Below are positions 40,201 to 49,690 of a stretch of 64,000 bases of DNA, in pieces. Position 1 is the first letter of the stretch. Each line of letters opens with the position of its first letter. The DNA is taken from positions 3,424,001-3,488,000 of the forward strand of contig NZ_JAQNDL010000001.1 of assembly GCF_028368995.1 (NCBI RefSeq), in the 5' to 3' direction. The notes below the pieces were generated by a model. That model did not search any database. It saw nothing but the letters and a program-made list of their open reading frames with translations, and was not told where the DNA came from. Made by a program: the position numbers and the translations under genes. Source of the DNA: Nannocystis bainbridge (GTDB lineage Bacteria; Myxococcota_A; Polyangia; Nannocystales; Nannocystaceae).

Positions 40201-40513
40201 CGGCAGCGGCGAGCGGCTGCCGTGGAACTTCTCGATCGATCCGACCGTCGGCTACACCAAGATCCTGCGCAAGGACCTGCGCATCACCGTCTCGATGGAC
40301 GTGTTCAACGTCGCCAACTTCCAGCAGATCCTGGCGATCGACGAGCGCTACACCTTCGACGAGGTCAACCCGATCAAGGGTGGCACCATGGCGGACCTGG
40401 CGAGCGCCACCACCACCGGCGGCACGCCGATCACGGTCAACCCGAACTTCGGCAATCCGACCTTCTACCAGCAGCCGCGGCAGTTCCGCTTCGGCATCCG
40501 CCTGTCCTTCTGA
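37286..40513 (+). CDS. oar: Oar-like TonB-dependent transporter with N-terminal carboxypeptidase-regulatory-like domain
   Basis: G.YRI.NLPPG.Y, EN.YYVDG, GRSTGGVIN.VTKSG.N.FHG, FIQDSW and FSPRIG motifs; ends RLSF. Confidence 0.88.
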   Translation: MRRSAWITILGAVAAQAAVVSTAEAGPSDAVLVGVVRDASTGEGIEGALVIVTGEKIQGERTMTTNVSGLYRIPNLPPGTYDVTVFAQDYGAGNKRAGLQLRAGTTIRVDVQLVRSGTREVIEVNVAAPTIDVGNGATGLSVDREMAQRVPIAIPTGKGAANRSFEAIAEATPGARNDTYGTSIAGTTSPENKYYVDGLSVNDPGFGLNGTGLSMEFLEEVRIEAGGYMPEHGRSTGGVINAVTKSGSNQFHGNVWAYYTPGQLEGRREIARREGDAIVTERNLNWIGDAGFDIGGRIIKDKLWFYGGVSIARTVYDLTSSWNRVSVDPDGNALIDPDTKFTVTERIAGTTQRFKAQGTTVQALGKLTYSPNKRNTLEILAIYAPSLSGGNGTFGMNAQTGQPEVLNLVGDYGALARKYRDNSTDLQFKWNWRDDDGKWNFDTILGWHHQLNQRNAVDGTRVGDTTGLAGTPSVVYRRTNNFYGADGGLLEPGMPGYREVHSLTDLTPLPGGAPGGACDPMMYSFTDPVLMDAQTRSVVCPIRQWTTGGPGLLYDRRLDRLQAREIVTRLARGAGHHVIKFGVDFEYTQYNSNRGYSGNQIYRESTNGTNFADFRMYSFLSGPDDANVIRNLNWNVMSTTIGGFIQDSWSIMDKVTLNAGLRYDAQHLFSGDRTLAMALPNQFSPRIGLIWDPTYSGKAKLFVNYARFYQSVPLNLADRAGTGEPGLQSFHNAVGPGSCSDPLAPGANDPGGACTNDANRLLIGGPADADQRWALASAGKTPIDPRLKPQSSDEIVAGGEYEIIPDTRLGVQYTHRWLHRAIEDMSRDEAATYFIGNPGYGIAKDFPKAKRVYDSAVLFVEKRFAKHWMITGSYTLSWLRGNLAGLFRPETGQLDPNTTSDFDLISLLENRSGYLPGDTRHSFKVFTAGEIVLGNGQFLRLGGALRARSGGPTNYLASHVLYGFDESFILPRGSGERLPWNFSIDPTVGYTKILRKDLRITVSMDVFNVANFQQILAIDERYTFDEVNPIKGGTMADLASATTTGGTPITVNPNFGNPTFYQQPRQFRFGIRLSF

Positions 40514-40528
40514 TCGATGAGGTTTACG

Positions 40529-41368
40529 ATGCAGCCCAGCAAGCGTCCGCCCCTCCGCGCCCTCGTCCCCGGCGCGCTCCTCCTCGTCGTCGGAGGCAGC
40601 TGCACGCAGCCGACGATGAACTGCACCACCGCCCACCTCTACTACGCGGCCCAGTACGAGCTCACCTCCGGCGACGCGAACTCGCCGTGCGCCCAGCACA
40701 AGGGCGACATCCTCGGCATGCAGACTTACTTCGCGACCGGCGGCATCAACGGCACCGCGAAGTTCAGCGACCCGTCGGCGGCGATCCGGCCCCAGTACGC
40801 CGGCCTCCTCGTCGCCGAGGCCCTCGAATACCCGGTCGACGTGCCCGGCTTCACCGGCGAGAAGGGCGTCGAGCACTGGCCCAACGCCGTCGGCGACTTC
40901 GAGAGCGGCCTCCCTGACGGCGAGGACCTCTGTCACGTCCCGCAGCTCGACTCCATGTTCACGCGCCCCGAGCTGCCGGCGATCGCCGACGACCCGATGA
41001 CGGCCGACGTCGACGAGACCGTCGAGGCCACCCCGCCGACCGCCGTCGCCTACGAGTGGAGCAACGCGCGCTGGCTCAACACCCCCGACGCTCAGGGCAC
41101 CCAGTTCGAGGCCGATCTCAAGTTCACCCAGGACGGCTGCACCGCTGAGTTCCACGTGGTCGCCGTCTCGCCGGCCGTCCACTGCGTCACCGACGAGGAC
41201 TGCACCACCACCGGCAACGGCATCAACCCCGACTTCGCGGTCGAGTGCGACAACCGCATCAACGACCCGCTGAGCCCGGACGTCGCCGACGACCCCGAGA
41301 CGCCCGCGAACGAGGCCGTCGACTACGGCCTGTGCGTCCTCGCCAGGCCGATCCCCTCCTACGAATAG
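40529..41368 (+). CDS. MlpA-like lipoprotein
   Basis: Lipobox GSC then QP.MNC, several paired Cys. Directly downstream of the oar-like gene, as in M. xanthus oar-mlpA. Confidence 0.7.
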   Translation: MQPSKRPPLRALVPGALLLVVGGSCTQPTMNCTTAHLYYAAQYELTSGDANSPCAQHKGDILGMQTYFATGGINGTAKFSDPSAAIRPQYAGLLVAEALEYPVDVPGFTGEKGVEHWPNAVGDFESGLPDGEDLCHVPQLDSMFTRPELPAIADDPMTADVDETVEATPPTAVAYEWSNARWLNTPDAQGTQFEADLKFTQDGCTAEFHVVAVSPAVHCVTDEDCTTTGNGINPDFAVECDNRINDPLSPDVADDPETPANEAVDYGLCVLARPIPSYE

Positions 41369-41414
41369 CGAACGCGGAGCGACTACCATGCGACGTCCGT
41401 CGAATCACAGCACG

Positions 41415-42188
41415 ATGCGCTGCCTCCAGATCGCCGCCACCGCGACCGCCCTCCTGTTCGCCCAGGCCCCCGCGTTCGCCCAGGGCCCGGCCAGCCCGCC
41501 TCCGCCGTCGCCGCCTGCCGCTGCGCCTGCGGCCTCGCCCGCGCCTGCGCCCGCTTCGCCCGCGCCTGCGCCCAGCCCCGCCCCCGCGCCCAGCCCCGCC
41601 CCCGCGCCCGAGCCCTTGCCCGACCCGGGCGCGTGGAACCCGACCGGCGCGCCGCCCGTCGAGGCGCCGCCGGCCGAGCCTCCGCCGCCCGTCGAGCCCG
41701 CCCCGCCGCCCGAGCCCGAAGTCGCAGCCCCGCCCGCGCCTGTCGGTCCGCCTCCGCCGCCTGCGCTGGCGCCGGCCGATTCGGCCCAGGCCAAGAAGAT
41801 GCGGGCCGCCGGCGTTGGCACGATGATCGCCGGCGGGGTCCTCTCGCTGGCCGGCTTCGCCGTGACCCTCGCCTTCACCCTGCGCGGCAACAAGCTCGAG
41901 AGGGACCTGGTCGACGCCGAGGACGCCTATCAGCTCGGCGATTGCAGCCGCGTCACCACCGGCGAATGCAAGACGCTGACCGCCAACCGCGACGAGACCC
42001 GCCAGGGCATCCTCGGCTCCGATCGCATGACCGCGGTCGGCGGCGGGATCCTCGCCGGCGGCATCATCGTCACGGCGATCGGCGGAATCCTCTATCGCGT
42101 CGGCGTCAGGCGGATCACCAACACCGACCTGTCGCGCGTGCGCGTCAGCCCGACCTTCGGCGGGCTCTCGATCTCCGGCCGCTTCTGA
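41415..42188 (+). CDS. Pro-rich exported/membrane protein
   Basis: Signal peptide AFA, Pro/Ala linker, two Gly-rich hydrophobic helices, C-terminal GLSISGRF. Confidence 0.8.
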   Translation: MRCLQIAATATALLFAQAPAFAQGPASPPPPSPPAAAPAASPAPAPASPAPAPSPAPAPSPAPAPEPLPDPGAWNPTGAPPVEAPPAEPPPPVEPAPPPEPEVAAPPAPVGPPPPPALAPADSAQAKKMRAAGVGTMIAGGVLSLAGFAVTLAFTLRGNKLERDLVDAEDAYQLGDCSRVTTGECKTLTANRDETRQGILGSDRMTAVGGGILAGGIIVTAIGGILYRVGVRRITNTDLSRVRVSPTFGGLSISGRF

Positions 42189-42255
42189 GCGTCGGCACAC
42201 GCGCGCGAGCAGGGGCGCGGTCGCGCGCGCGGGCCCGAGCGGGCATACTCGCGCC

Positions 42256-42624
42256 GTGCTCTACGCCATCCTCTGCTACAACGACGAGAAGGTCGTCACC
42301 TCGTGGACCCAGGCCGAGGACGACGCCGTCATGGCTCGCCTCGCGGTGGTGCACGACCGCCTCACCGCCGAGGGCACGCTCGGGCCGGCGGTGCGCCTGC
42401 GGCCGACCGCGGCGGCGACCACCGTGCGAAAGACCCACCCGCCGGTGATCCTCGACGGACCGTTCGCCGAGACCAAGGAGCAGCTGCTCGGCTTCTACGT
42501 CCTCGAGTGTCAGTCGCAAGACGAGGCGCTGGCCATCTCGCGCGAGCTGGCCGAGGCCAACCCCGGCGGATCATACGAGATCCGCCCGGTCTCGCTGTTC
42601 TTGCCCGGCCACCCGGTGCGCTGA
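42256..42624 (+). CDS. YciI/DGPF-domain protein
   Basis: DGPFAETKEQLLGFY and EIRP motifs. Confidence 0.92.
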   Translation: MLYAILCYNDEKVVTSWTQAEDDAVMARLAVVHDRLTAEGTLGPAVRLRPTAAATTVRKTHPPVILDGPFAETKEQLLGFYVLECQSQDEALAISRELAEANPGGSYEIRPVSLFLPGHPVR

Positions 42625-42732
42625 ATGCAGTCCGCACATTTCGCGCGGCGCGCGATTTGGATCACGCGCGCCGACAGCCCCGGCGCTAGTGACTCGGGCC
42701 CCCGCTTCCTTTAAGAAGAGGCCGGCCCGTCC

Positions 42733-43701
42733 ATGCCGCGCTACCTCGTCACCGCCGATCCGGTCGCCAGCTTCCAGCCGCGCTTCGATACGACGTTGCG
42801 CCTCATGGCCGAGCTGCTGGCCCGCGGCGTCGAGGTCGACTACTGCGACCTGTTCACGACCGACATGTCCCTCGGGACAGATGATTGGCTCGCCGCCCTG
42901 CCGGTCCGTTCGGTGCTGTGGAGCGACCCCTCACGCCCCCCGTACGTCGGCCTCGACGCCCCGCGCAGCGCCGCCGCGCTCGACTACGAGGTCCTCGTCC
43001 ACCGCAAGGACCCGCCGGTCGACGCGACCTACCGCGGCTGGGCCGAGCGGTTCGCGGCGCTCGACGGGCGGCTGCTGCAGCTCAACGAGCCGGCCGAGGT
43101 GCTGCGGCACTCCGAGCACCTGCTGCCGGCGCGCTTCCCCGAATTCTCGATCCCGACCTTCCACTGCCGCGAGTTCGGCGAATTCGCGGCGACCGTGCGC
43201 AGCCAGCCGGTCGAGGCCGTGGTCAAGCCGATCGCCGAGTGCAGCGGGATCGGCATCGCCTTCTTCCGCCCCGACGCGTCCGAACCTGTCCTTCGGGGCT
43301 GGTGGCAACAATACGGCGAGGCCGTGGTGCAGCCGTATCAGGAGGCCGTCACCACCCGCGGCGACCTGCGGATCTTGACCATCGGCCGGCGGATCCTCGG
43401 CAGCGTCACCCGGCTCCCGCGCCCGGGCTCGCGGCTCGCCAACCTCCACCAGGGCGCGTCGTACCACGCGTTCGACCCGACCCCGCGCCAGCTCGAGGCG
43501 GTGGCCGCGGTCACCGCCGAGCTGGTGCCTCGCGGCCTCTACCTGCTCGGCCTCGACTTCATCGGCGACCTGCTGTCCGAGGTCAACTTCACCAGCCCCT
43601 CGGCGATGGTCCAGATCGGCGAGGTCATGCACAAGCGCCCCGAGGTCGAGCTCGTCGACGAGATCGAGGCGCTCCGCCGCACCTTCGTCGCGCGCCCCTG
43701 A
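42733..43701 (+). CDS. gshB: Glutathione synthetase-like ATP-grasp ligase
   Basis: DTT, RKDPP, KP..C.G.GI, GD.RI, ANL..G and GLDFIG..LSEVN.TSP motifs. Confidence 0.75.
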   Translation: MPRYLVTADPVASFQPRFDTTLRLMAELLARGVEVDYCDLFTTDMSLGTDDWLAALPVRSVLWSDPSRPPYVGLDAPRSAAALDYEVLVHRKDPPVDATYRGWAERFAALDGRLLQLNEPAEVLRHSEHLLPARFPEFSIPTFHCREFGEFAATVRSQPVEAVVKPIAECSGIGIAFFRPDASEPVLRGWWQQYGEAVVQPYQEAVTTRGDLRILTIGRRILGSVTRLPRPGSRLANLHQGASYHAFDPTPRQLEAVAAVTAELVPRGLYLLGLDFIGDLLSEVNFTSPSAMVQIGEVMHKRPEVELVDEIEALRRTFVARP

Positions 43702-43862
43702 ATTCAGCAGACCCGGCGGCCACGGGTCTGCATGGTGCGACGGCCTTCGCTTGCCCCCGACCTCGCGGCGGTCCGCGCGTTGCATACAATTCGCGCTCGA
43801 CGGGTCGCTATGCATATTGCATGCGAATCCCGGGCGCGCCCTCGATCTCGCAAATCCATGGC

Positions 43863-44303
43863 TCAGCGCGCCGCGATCAACGCCTCGAGCGCCGGTACGT
43901 GCGTCTCGCTGCGGCGCAACAGGTCGCTGCGGATCATCGCCTTGACCGCGGGCGGCAGCGACGGATCGTTCAGCGCGCGCCGGTACGCCTCGACCTGGCG
44001 CGCCTCGTCGTCGCACAGCGCGTCGACCGTGACGTTCAGCGCCTCGTCAGCGCGCGCGGCTGCGTATTCCTGGCCCGCGGTCGAGGTCGGCGCGACCTCT
44101 CCGTTTCGCAGCAGCAGCCCGCGCAGCACCTGGACCGCGCGGCTGTGGTCGACGCAGATCTGCCGCAGCCGCGGGCCCGCGTCCGGGCCGTCGAGCCACG
44201 TCAGCGCCCCGCGGTAGGTCTCCACCGCCGACAGCTCGGCCCGCAGCAGACGGGTCAACGTGTTCGGCGGATCGCCGCGCTCGGGGTTCGTCGCTGTAGC
44301 CAC
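43863..44303 (-). CDS. Ferritin-like (DUF2383-like) protein
   Basis: LLRAELSAVETY..AL, H...L, E....Y..AL and H...L helices. Confidence 0.75.
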   Translation of the reverse strand: MATATNPERGDPPNTLTRLLRAELSAVETYRGALTWLDGPDAGPRLRQICVDHSRAVQVLRGLLLRNGEVAPTSTAGQEYAAARADEALNVTVDALCDDEARQVEAYRRALNDPSLPPAVKAMIRSDLLRRSETHVPALEALIAAR

Positions 44304-44408
44304 GAGGATGCATTAGCGCCCGCCGCCACTATGTCAAGACCACGCGAGAGAACACGAATCCGGCGGCCGCGAGGGCCCGTGGGGCCGGTCGCGTCCGCCA
44401 GTCTGCGA

Positions 44409-45014
44409 TCATCCGTCGACGATCACGCCGAGCGAGGCACAGCGCGCGGCGTCGACGAAGATCAGCCCGTCGTCCTCATGCGGCGCGGCGCCGGGGGTGG
44501 TCGGCTGCTCACCCCCGCCTTCATCAGGCGTGGCCCCACCGCCGGGTTCGGTCGGCTGACCGCCGGGTTCGGTCGGCTCGGTGCCGGGCTTGGCCGGCTT
44601 TTTGCCCGGCTTCTTGCCCGGCTTGAAGCGCGTCGCGCAGAACGTCGCGCCGTCGTCGATGCACGCGCTGCGACACACGGCCACATCGTCGGCGGCGCGG
44701 TCGCAGGCCGCGAGGCAGACGTCGCCGATCTGCAGCTCGCAGGCGTTCTCCTCGGCCAGCGCCCGGGCCGTCGCGCAGAAGTCGAGCTCGACCTCCGCGG
44801 ACTCCCGCGATTCACCCCCGGGCTCGCCCGCGCCGGGCTCTTCGCCGGGCTGCTCTCCGGGCTTCTCGCCGGGCTTCTCTCCGGGCTTCTTGCCCGGCTT
44901 CTTGCCGGGCTTGAACGCGGACTCCTCGACCTGCGTGGTCAGCGGTTTCGCGGCAGCGACGATCGGCAGTGCGAGCGCGGCCGCAGGGAACAACACGAGC
45001 AAATGACGCATCAT
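44409..45014 (-). CDS. Secreted 8-Cys family protein, paralog A (KPG/EPG-rich loops)
   Basis: Signal peptide, C-x7-C-x3-C-x9-C-x3-C-x7-C core, IFVD...C tail, SD AAGGA. Confidence 0.8.
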   Translation of the reverse strand: MMRHLLVLFPAAALALPIVAAAKPLTTQVEESAFKPGKKPGKKPGEKPGEKPGEQPGEEPGAGEPGGESRESAEVELDFCATARALAEENACELQIGDVCLAACDRAADDVAVCRSACIDDGATFCATRFKPGKKPGKKPAKPGTEPTEPGGQPTEPGGGATPDEGGGEQPTTPGAAPHEDDGLIFVDAARCASLGVIVDG

Positions 45015-45639
45015 GGGAGGGTTCCTTTCACGTGAGGCGCAGCGACAGGCCAATCCTGTACGCGCGCTCGAGTGAAGATCTTGGGAGGACGGCAGGAGTA
45101 TGCAATCGCACCGAGCGACGTTAGTCGCCGTGGTGCAGCGCTGCAGCCGAGCGCGCCGGCGGTCGTCCACGTGCGCGGGTGAACACCGAAGCACGACGGA
45201 CGGGCGAGCGCCGCTGCCTGCCGCGAACGGGCGACAGGCGGGCCTCGCGGCCACTCCCACGATTTCCTGCCGATGCTGCTCCGGCGATCGAGCAGATCGC
45301 GAGCGAGCGAGCATGCCACGCGTGGCGATCGCGGAGTCACCCGCGCAGCCCGACCTGGCCCTGCGATTCAGCGGTCCTCGCCGTCGCCCGCGCCGTCCCC
45401 GGCGCAGCCCGACCCGCGGGTCTCCTGCGATTCGCCGGCTCGCCGTCGTCGCGCTCGTCGCTTGCATGCCAGGCGCCGCGCGTCATAGCTCGAAGTGTCG
45501 GACGCACGCCGGACGCGTCGGCCATGTCTCGACTGGCCGAAGCGACCGCGTACGCCCGGTCGTTCTCGTCGTGTTCCTTCGCAATGGCCGCGCCGATCTC
45601 TCGGCGGCGCGTGCCTCGCCCGACGGGGCGCTGAACGAG

Positions 45640-45703
45640 CGTCTCCGCCGCCTGCTGCCTGACGCACCCTCCCAGACGGCCAGGCAGACAGGCGGCGGAG
45701 ACG
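45640..45703 (-). ncRNA. Conserved hairpin RNA element, copy 1
   Basis: 22-bp stem with one bulge; loop GCCGUCUGGGAGGGUGCGU on the minus strand. Strand inferred from G-U pairs. Confidence 0.6.
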
Positions 45704-45867
45704 ACCTTTTTCGTGCGCGGCAGGCCGTGCACACGCCTCTGTGCGAGAGGCCGGCCTACCGCGGGCGGGCGCTCATCGCCCCGCCTCGCTCATCCTCCGG
45801 CGCGAGGGCCCGCGCGTCGCCCGGTGCGGCGGCACCGTTCGCCACGGCATCCCTCGTCCCGGTCTGC

Positions 45868-46338
45868 TCACAGCTCCGAGAGCGCGAGCTCGAGACAGGT
45901 CGAAGTGTCGATGAAGATCGCCTGTTCGTCGAAATCGGGCCGCTGGTGGTCGAAGTCGTCGTCGTCGTCGTTCCAGCCGCCCCAGCGGGTCTTCAGGTCG
46001 CTGGGCGCGCAGAACATCGCGCCCTCGCCGTCGCACTGCGAACGGCAGGTCTGACCGGCGTCGCCGGCGTGGTCGTCGCAGGCCGCGAGGCAGCTCGGGC
46101 CGGACAGCGAGTCGCAATCGTAGGCCCGGTTGTCCTGGCCGGTCTGCACGAAGATCTGGGTCTGCGTGCACACGGCAAGCAGCAGGTCCTCGCCGATATC
46201 GCAGTTGTTACCACCGCCCCAGCACCACCCCACCGGCTCGGCGGGGATGGAGAGCGGGCGAGCCATCGACGGCGTGGCCGCGATGAACGGCAGGGCGAAC
46301 GCCAGAGCGGGGCACAGCAACAGAATCTTGCGCAACAT
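45868..46338 (-). CDS. Secreted 8-Cys family protein, paralog B (Asp-rich loop)
   Basis: Signal peptide, conserved Cys core, IFIDTSTC tail. Confidence 0.85.
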   Translation of the reverse strand: MLRKILLLCPALAFALPFIAATPSMARPLSIPAEPVGWCWGGGNNCDIGEDLLLAVCTQTQIFVQTGQDNRAYDCDSLSGPSCLAACDDHAGDAGQTCRSQCDGEGAMFCAPSDLKTRWGGWNDDDDDFDHQRPDFDEQAIFIDTSTCLELALSEL

Positions 46339-47620
46339 GGAGATTTCCTTTCGTTTCTCTCGGATCGCCGCGGGTTCTTCCCCGCGACGGTTGGAATATT
46401 CAGTGACCCCCCAACAGGCGCAACGGTGAATTGTGGTGAATCGCATCGCCGAGCCCGGCGCCAACTGTCCCAATGGGGGCCGCAGGGCGGCTCAGACCGG
46501 CAAATTCGCCCAAATTCGTGGTTCTGCGCGGAGCTACGGCGCCAGCGGCGATCCTGATGATTCACCGACCGATCGTCACCGCAATTCGCCGTCGCCCGCC
46601 GCGCTCTGCATTGCTCATAGCATCCTCGCGGGCCTGACGAGGCCGGCGCGTCTCGGCGCAATCCTACAAGTGCATATCATCATTGATGAAGCGACGCGGC
46701 CGCGGCGACCTACAGGAGGGCGCCGCGCACCGATCGGCGGACGAAGGCTCGCGGCAGCGACCAATGTTATACATGGCATGCTATCGCATGACAAGTCGCA
46801 GCGAATGCCACGTGTCCCTGCGGCCGCCCGAGCCCGCGACCGGGCCGCCCGCCTCACTGCGTCGATGATGCTTTTTAAAAGGGGGGACATGCCCGATGAG
46901 ACACCATGACGATTCGCGCCGCGAGCCGGCCCCGCCGTCCCGCAGCGACGCAGAGTCGGCCGCGCTCCCCCGCTCCTCGGCGCTGCCCGCCCGCCCGTCC
47001 GGCCGCAGCTCCGGCCGGGCGCGACGAACGGAGCCACGACGGGGATGCAGCTCCGCCACGCCGGTGCTCTGCTGGAGAGCCGCGCCCGAGCTTGCCGATC
47101 CCGCAGAGGCTGCGACCAGGCGCCGCTCCGACGACCTCCGAGCGCGGCACCGTCGCCGCGGACCTGCGCTTCACCGCGGCGCGTCGTCCGACCCGCCGAT
47201 GGCGCCACGAGGATCCGAGCCGGGACGCCGGGGCAGATCGCCGCCACGTCGAAGCTCGCGCCCCCGGACGCGATGCGGGTGCCGCGAACGCAAAGCATCG
47301 CTCGCGGCGCCCCCCGGAGCCGGTTGCGCTCCGCGTCGCAGCGACCCGAGCGATGCCCTCTTTCGCGGTGCTCCGCCCTCGTCCCCCCGGGAGCTTGCAC
47401 CCCGGTGGTGAAGACGTATAGCAAGGAGGTGTCGGATACACGCCTCCTCGCGGAGACCCACGGCTCCTCGGCCCGCACACCGGCGAGCCCTGTCGTCACC
47501 GCCCGAGCGACCGACACCCTCTACGAGCATTCAATTTTTTCTGACTGACCAATAGCAGCAGCATTTGGGCAGCGTCGAACTCTCGGCGACGCGTGCCTCG
47601 CCCGGCGGGGCGACCGCGAG

Positions 47621-47685
47621 CGTCTCCGCCGCCTGCTCCCTGACGCACCCTCCCAGACGGCCAGGCGAGACAGGCGGCGGAGACG
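47621..47685 (-). ncRNA. Conserved hairpin RNA element, copy 2
   Basis: Loop identical to copy 1; compensatory CTG/CAG to CTC/GAG change in the stem. Confidence 0.6.
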
Positions 47686-47860
47686 ACCCTTCTTCAATTT
47701 CGGCGGGCCGATGCACAGGCCTCTGCGCGCTGCAGAGGCGGCCCGCCGCGGCCGGGGCTGTCAGCCCCGCGCCCCTTCGTCGCGCCTTGGCGCCCCGATC
47801 GTCTGCAACCCCCGGCGCGGCGACGCCGAGCGCGGCAGCTTCGATGGGGCCCGCGCGCGT

Positions 47861-48325
47861 TCACCGTTGGTCGAGGTTGAGCTCGAGGCAGGTCTCGGTG
47901 TTGATGAAGATCATGTCGTCCTGATCCTGGTGGTGGTTGTCGTCGTCGTCGTCGTCGTCGTCCCAGCCGCCCCAGCGCGCCTTGAGGTCGCCGGGCGCGC
48001 AGAACAGCGCGCCGTCGCCGTCGCAGTGGCTGCGGCAGGTCTCGCCGGCGTCACCGGCCGCGGCGCAGCTGGCGAGGCAGGTCGGACCGGTCAGCGTGTC
48101 GCACTCGTAAGCGCGGTTGTCCTGGCCGGTCTGGACGAAGATCTGGGTCTGCACGCACACCGCGAGCACCAGGTCGTCGTCGAAATCTCCGCAGTCGTTG
48201 CCGCCCCAGCACCACTCCGCCGGCTGGGCGGGGATCGAAAGCGGGCGCGCCATCGAGGTCCCGGCCGCGACGAGCGGCAAGGCGAACGCGAGAACGGGGC
48301 AGAGCATCAAGATCTTGCGAAACAT
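47861..48325 (-). CDS. Secreted 8-Cys family protein, paralog C (poly-Asp loop)
   Basis: Signal peptide, conserved Cys core, IFINTETC tail, SD AGGAGG. Confidence 0.85.
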   Translation of the reverse strand: MFRKILMLCPVLAFALPLVAAGTSMARPLSIPAQPAEWCWGGNDCGDFDDDLVLAVCVQTQIFVQTGQDNRAYECDTLTGPTCLASCAAAGDAGETCRSHCDGDGALFCAPGDLKARWGGWDDDDDDDDNHHQDQDDMIFINTETCLELNLDQR

Positions 48326-49002
48326 GGGAGTCCTCCTCCTGTCGGTCTCAGCGCGCTTCACGAGCACATTCCCGTGGCGCGTCGATGGGGAATATTCGGT
48401 GTCCCCGCGCGCCGGGCAATGCGGAGCTGTGGTGAGTCGCATCGTCAGCCGCGATCGGGTTCGCCTGTTTCTTCTGACAGAGGGCAGCAGAGGCCCCAAC
48501 GCGGGACGATCTGGCAAATTTACCCGCCCATCGGCGCCCGCGGCGAAATCTCGACGGAATCATCGCGGGATGCGACGCCGCCCGCCGCGCGAGCGACGAA
48601 TCATCGGACTTCGCGCCCTGCGGCGATTTCGACGCCTCACGCAATTGTCCGTCATCGTTGACGATGCGACGCGGCCGCGGCGGCGCGCCCGGAGGCTGCC
48701 GCGCACGGCGATCGCGGGGCGACCCCGGCGGCGACGCTGGGTTCCGGCCGTCTCGCGTCGCAGGTGGCATTCACGACGACATTCGTGGCATTCTCGGGCC
48801 GCGGTCGTCGCCTTTGAAGCTTTCACCCGCGCCCGGGCCGCCCGCCGCTGCGCCCGGCTGGCCTGATGCTCCCGGCGCCACGCGCCGAATCATCGCCCGG
48901 CTCGCCGCCCCGTTCAATCATCGGTGCGAGCCATCAGCGACCGTGCTGTATGATCGGCGGGAAGGCCCCAATCTTCGAAATCGATTCGCACCGCGAAAAT
49001 GG

Positions 49003-49057
49003 CTCCGCCGCCCGTTCTGACGCACCCCTCCCAGGACGGCCAGAACGGACGGCGGAG
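49003..49057 (-). ncRNA. Conserved hairpin RNA element, copy 3
   Basis: Inner stem has different sequence (CCGTTCTG/CAGAACGG) but still pairs; loop nearly identical to copies 1 and 2. Confidence 0.6.
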
Positions 49058-49174
49058 TAGCCGGCGGATTGCGAGGCGCCCGCGTCGAGGCGGGCTCGTC
49101 GCGTGCCCGATCGGTCCGTCATGGCCCGACGCGGCGGCGTCAGGCGGGCAGGAGCCGATCAGGCCCGCAGGTGC

Positions 49175-49690
49175 TCACCCCTGCAGGTCGAGCTGCAGAC
49201 AGGTCGAGGTGTCGATGAAGATGAGCTCTTCGTCGATGTCGCCGATGCCGGGACGGTCGTCCCACGGGCCGATGCCGGGGCGGTTGCCGCCCCACGGGCC
49301 GAAGCCGCCCCAGCCGCCCAGGCCGCCCCAGCGGGCCGTGAGCTCGCTCGGCGCGCAGAACAGGGCACCGCCGTCGTCACACTGGCTGCGGCACGTGTCG
49401 CCCTCGATCTCGTCGGCGCATTGCGCGAGACAGAACGGGCCGGTCAGGGTGTCGCAATCGTAGGCGCGGTTGTTGGAGCCGGTGCCGACGAAGATCTGGG
49501 TCTGCGTGCATACCTGCAGCAGCAGGGCGCTGTCGAGGCCCTGGTTCCACGCGCCCTGGTCCGGGCGGCTGGGACCGAACTGACCCCCGCCCTGGGCCGG
49601 CTCCGAGGGGGCGACCAGCGGGCGCGCCATGGCCGGAGTGACCGCGAGGGACGACAGGACCGAACAAACCATCAGGATATTGCGAATCAT
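49175..49690 (-). CDS. Secreted 8-Cys family protein, paralog D (Gly/Trp-rich loop)
   Basis: Signal peptide ending AMA, conserved Cys core, IFIDTSTC tail. Confidence 0.85.
   Translation of the reverse strand: MIRNILMVCSVLSSLAVTPAMARPLVAPSEPAQGGGQFGPSRPDQGAWNQGLDSALLLQVCTQTQIFVGTGSNNRAYDCDTLTGPFCLAQCADEIEGDTCRSQCDDGGALFCAPSELTARWGGLGGWGGFGPWGGNRPGIGPWDDRPGIGDIDEELIFIDTSTCLQLDLQG

Noticed and set aside
37313-41389. 1358-aa minus-strand ORF
   Set aside because: Antisense shadow of oar/mlpA caused by high GC at third codon positions; no motifs.
45640-45711. Hairpins as plain intrinsic terminators or as Pxr sRNA
   Set aside because: A T-run follows only copy 1 on the plus strand, and the large conserved loop is atypical for terminators. 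I could not match a Pxr-like three-stem layout.
45100-46557. 485-aa plus-strand ORF in the paralog array
   Set aside because: Arg/Ala/Pro-rich, overlaps paralog B and the hairpin, no coding bias in the intergenic part.
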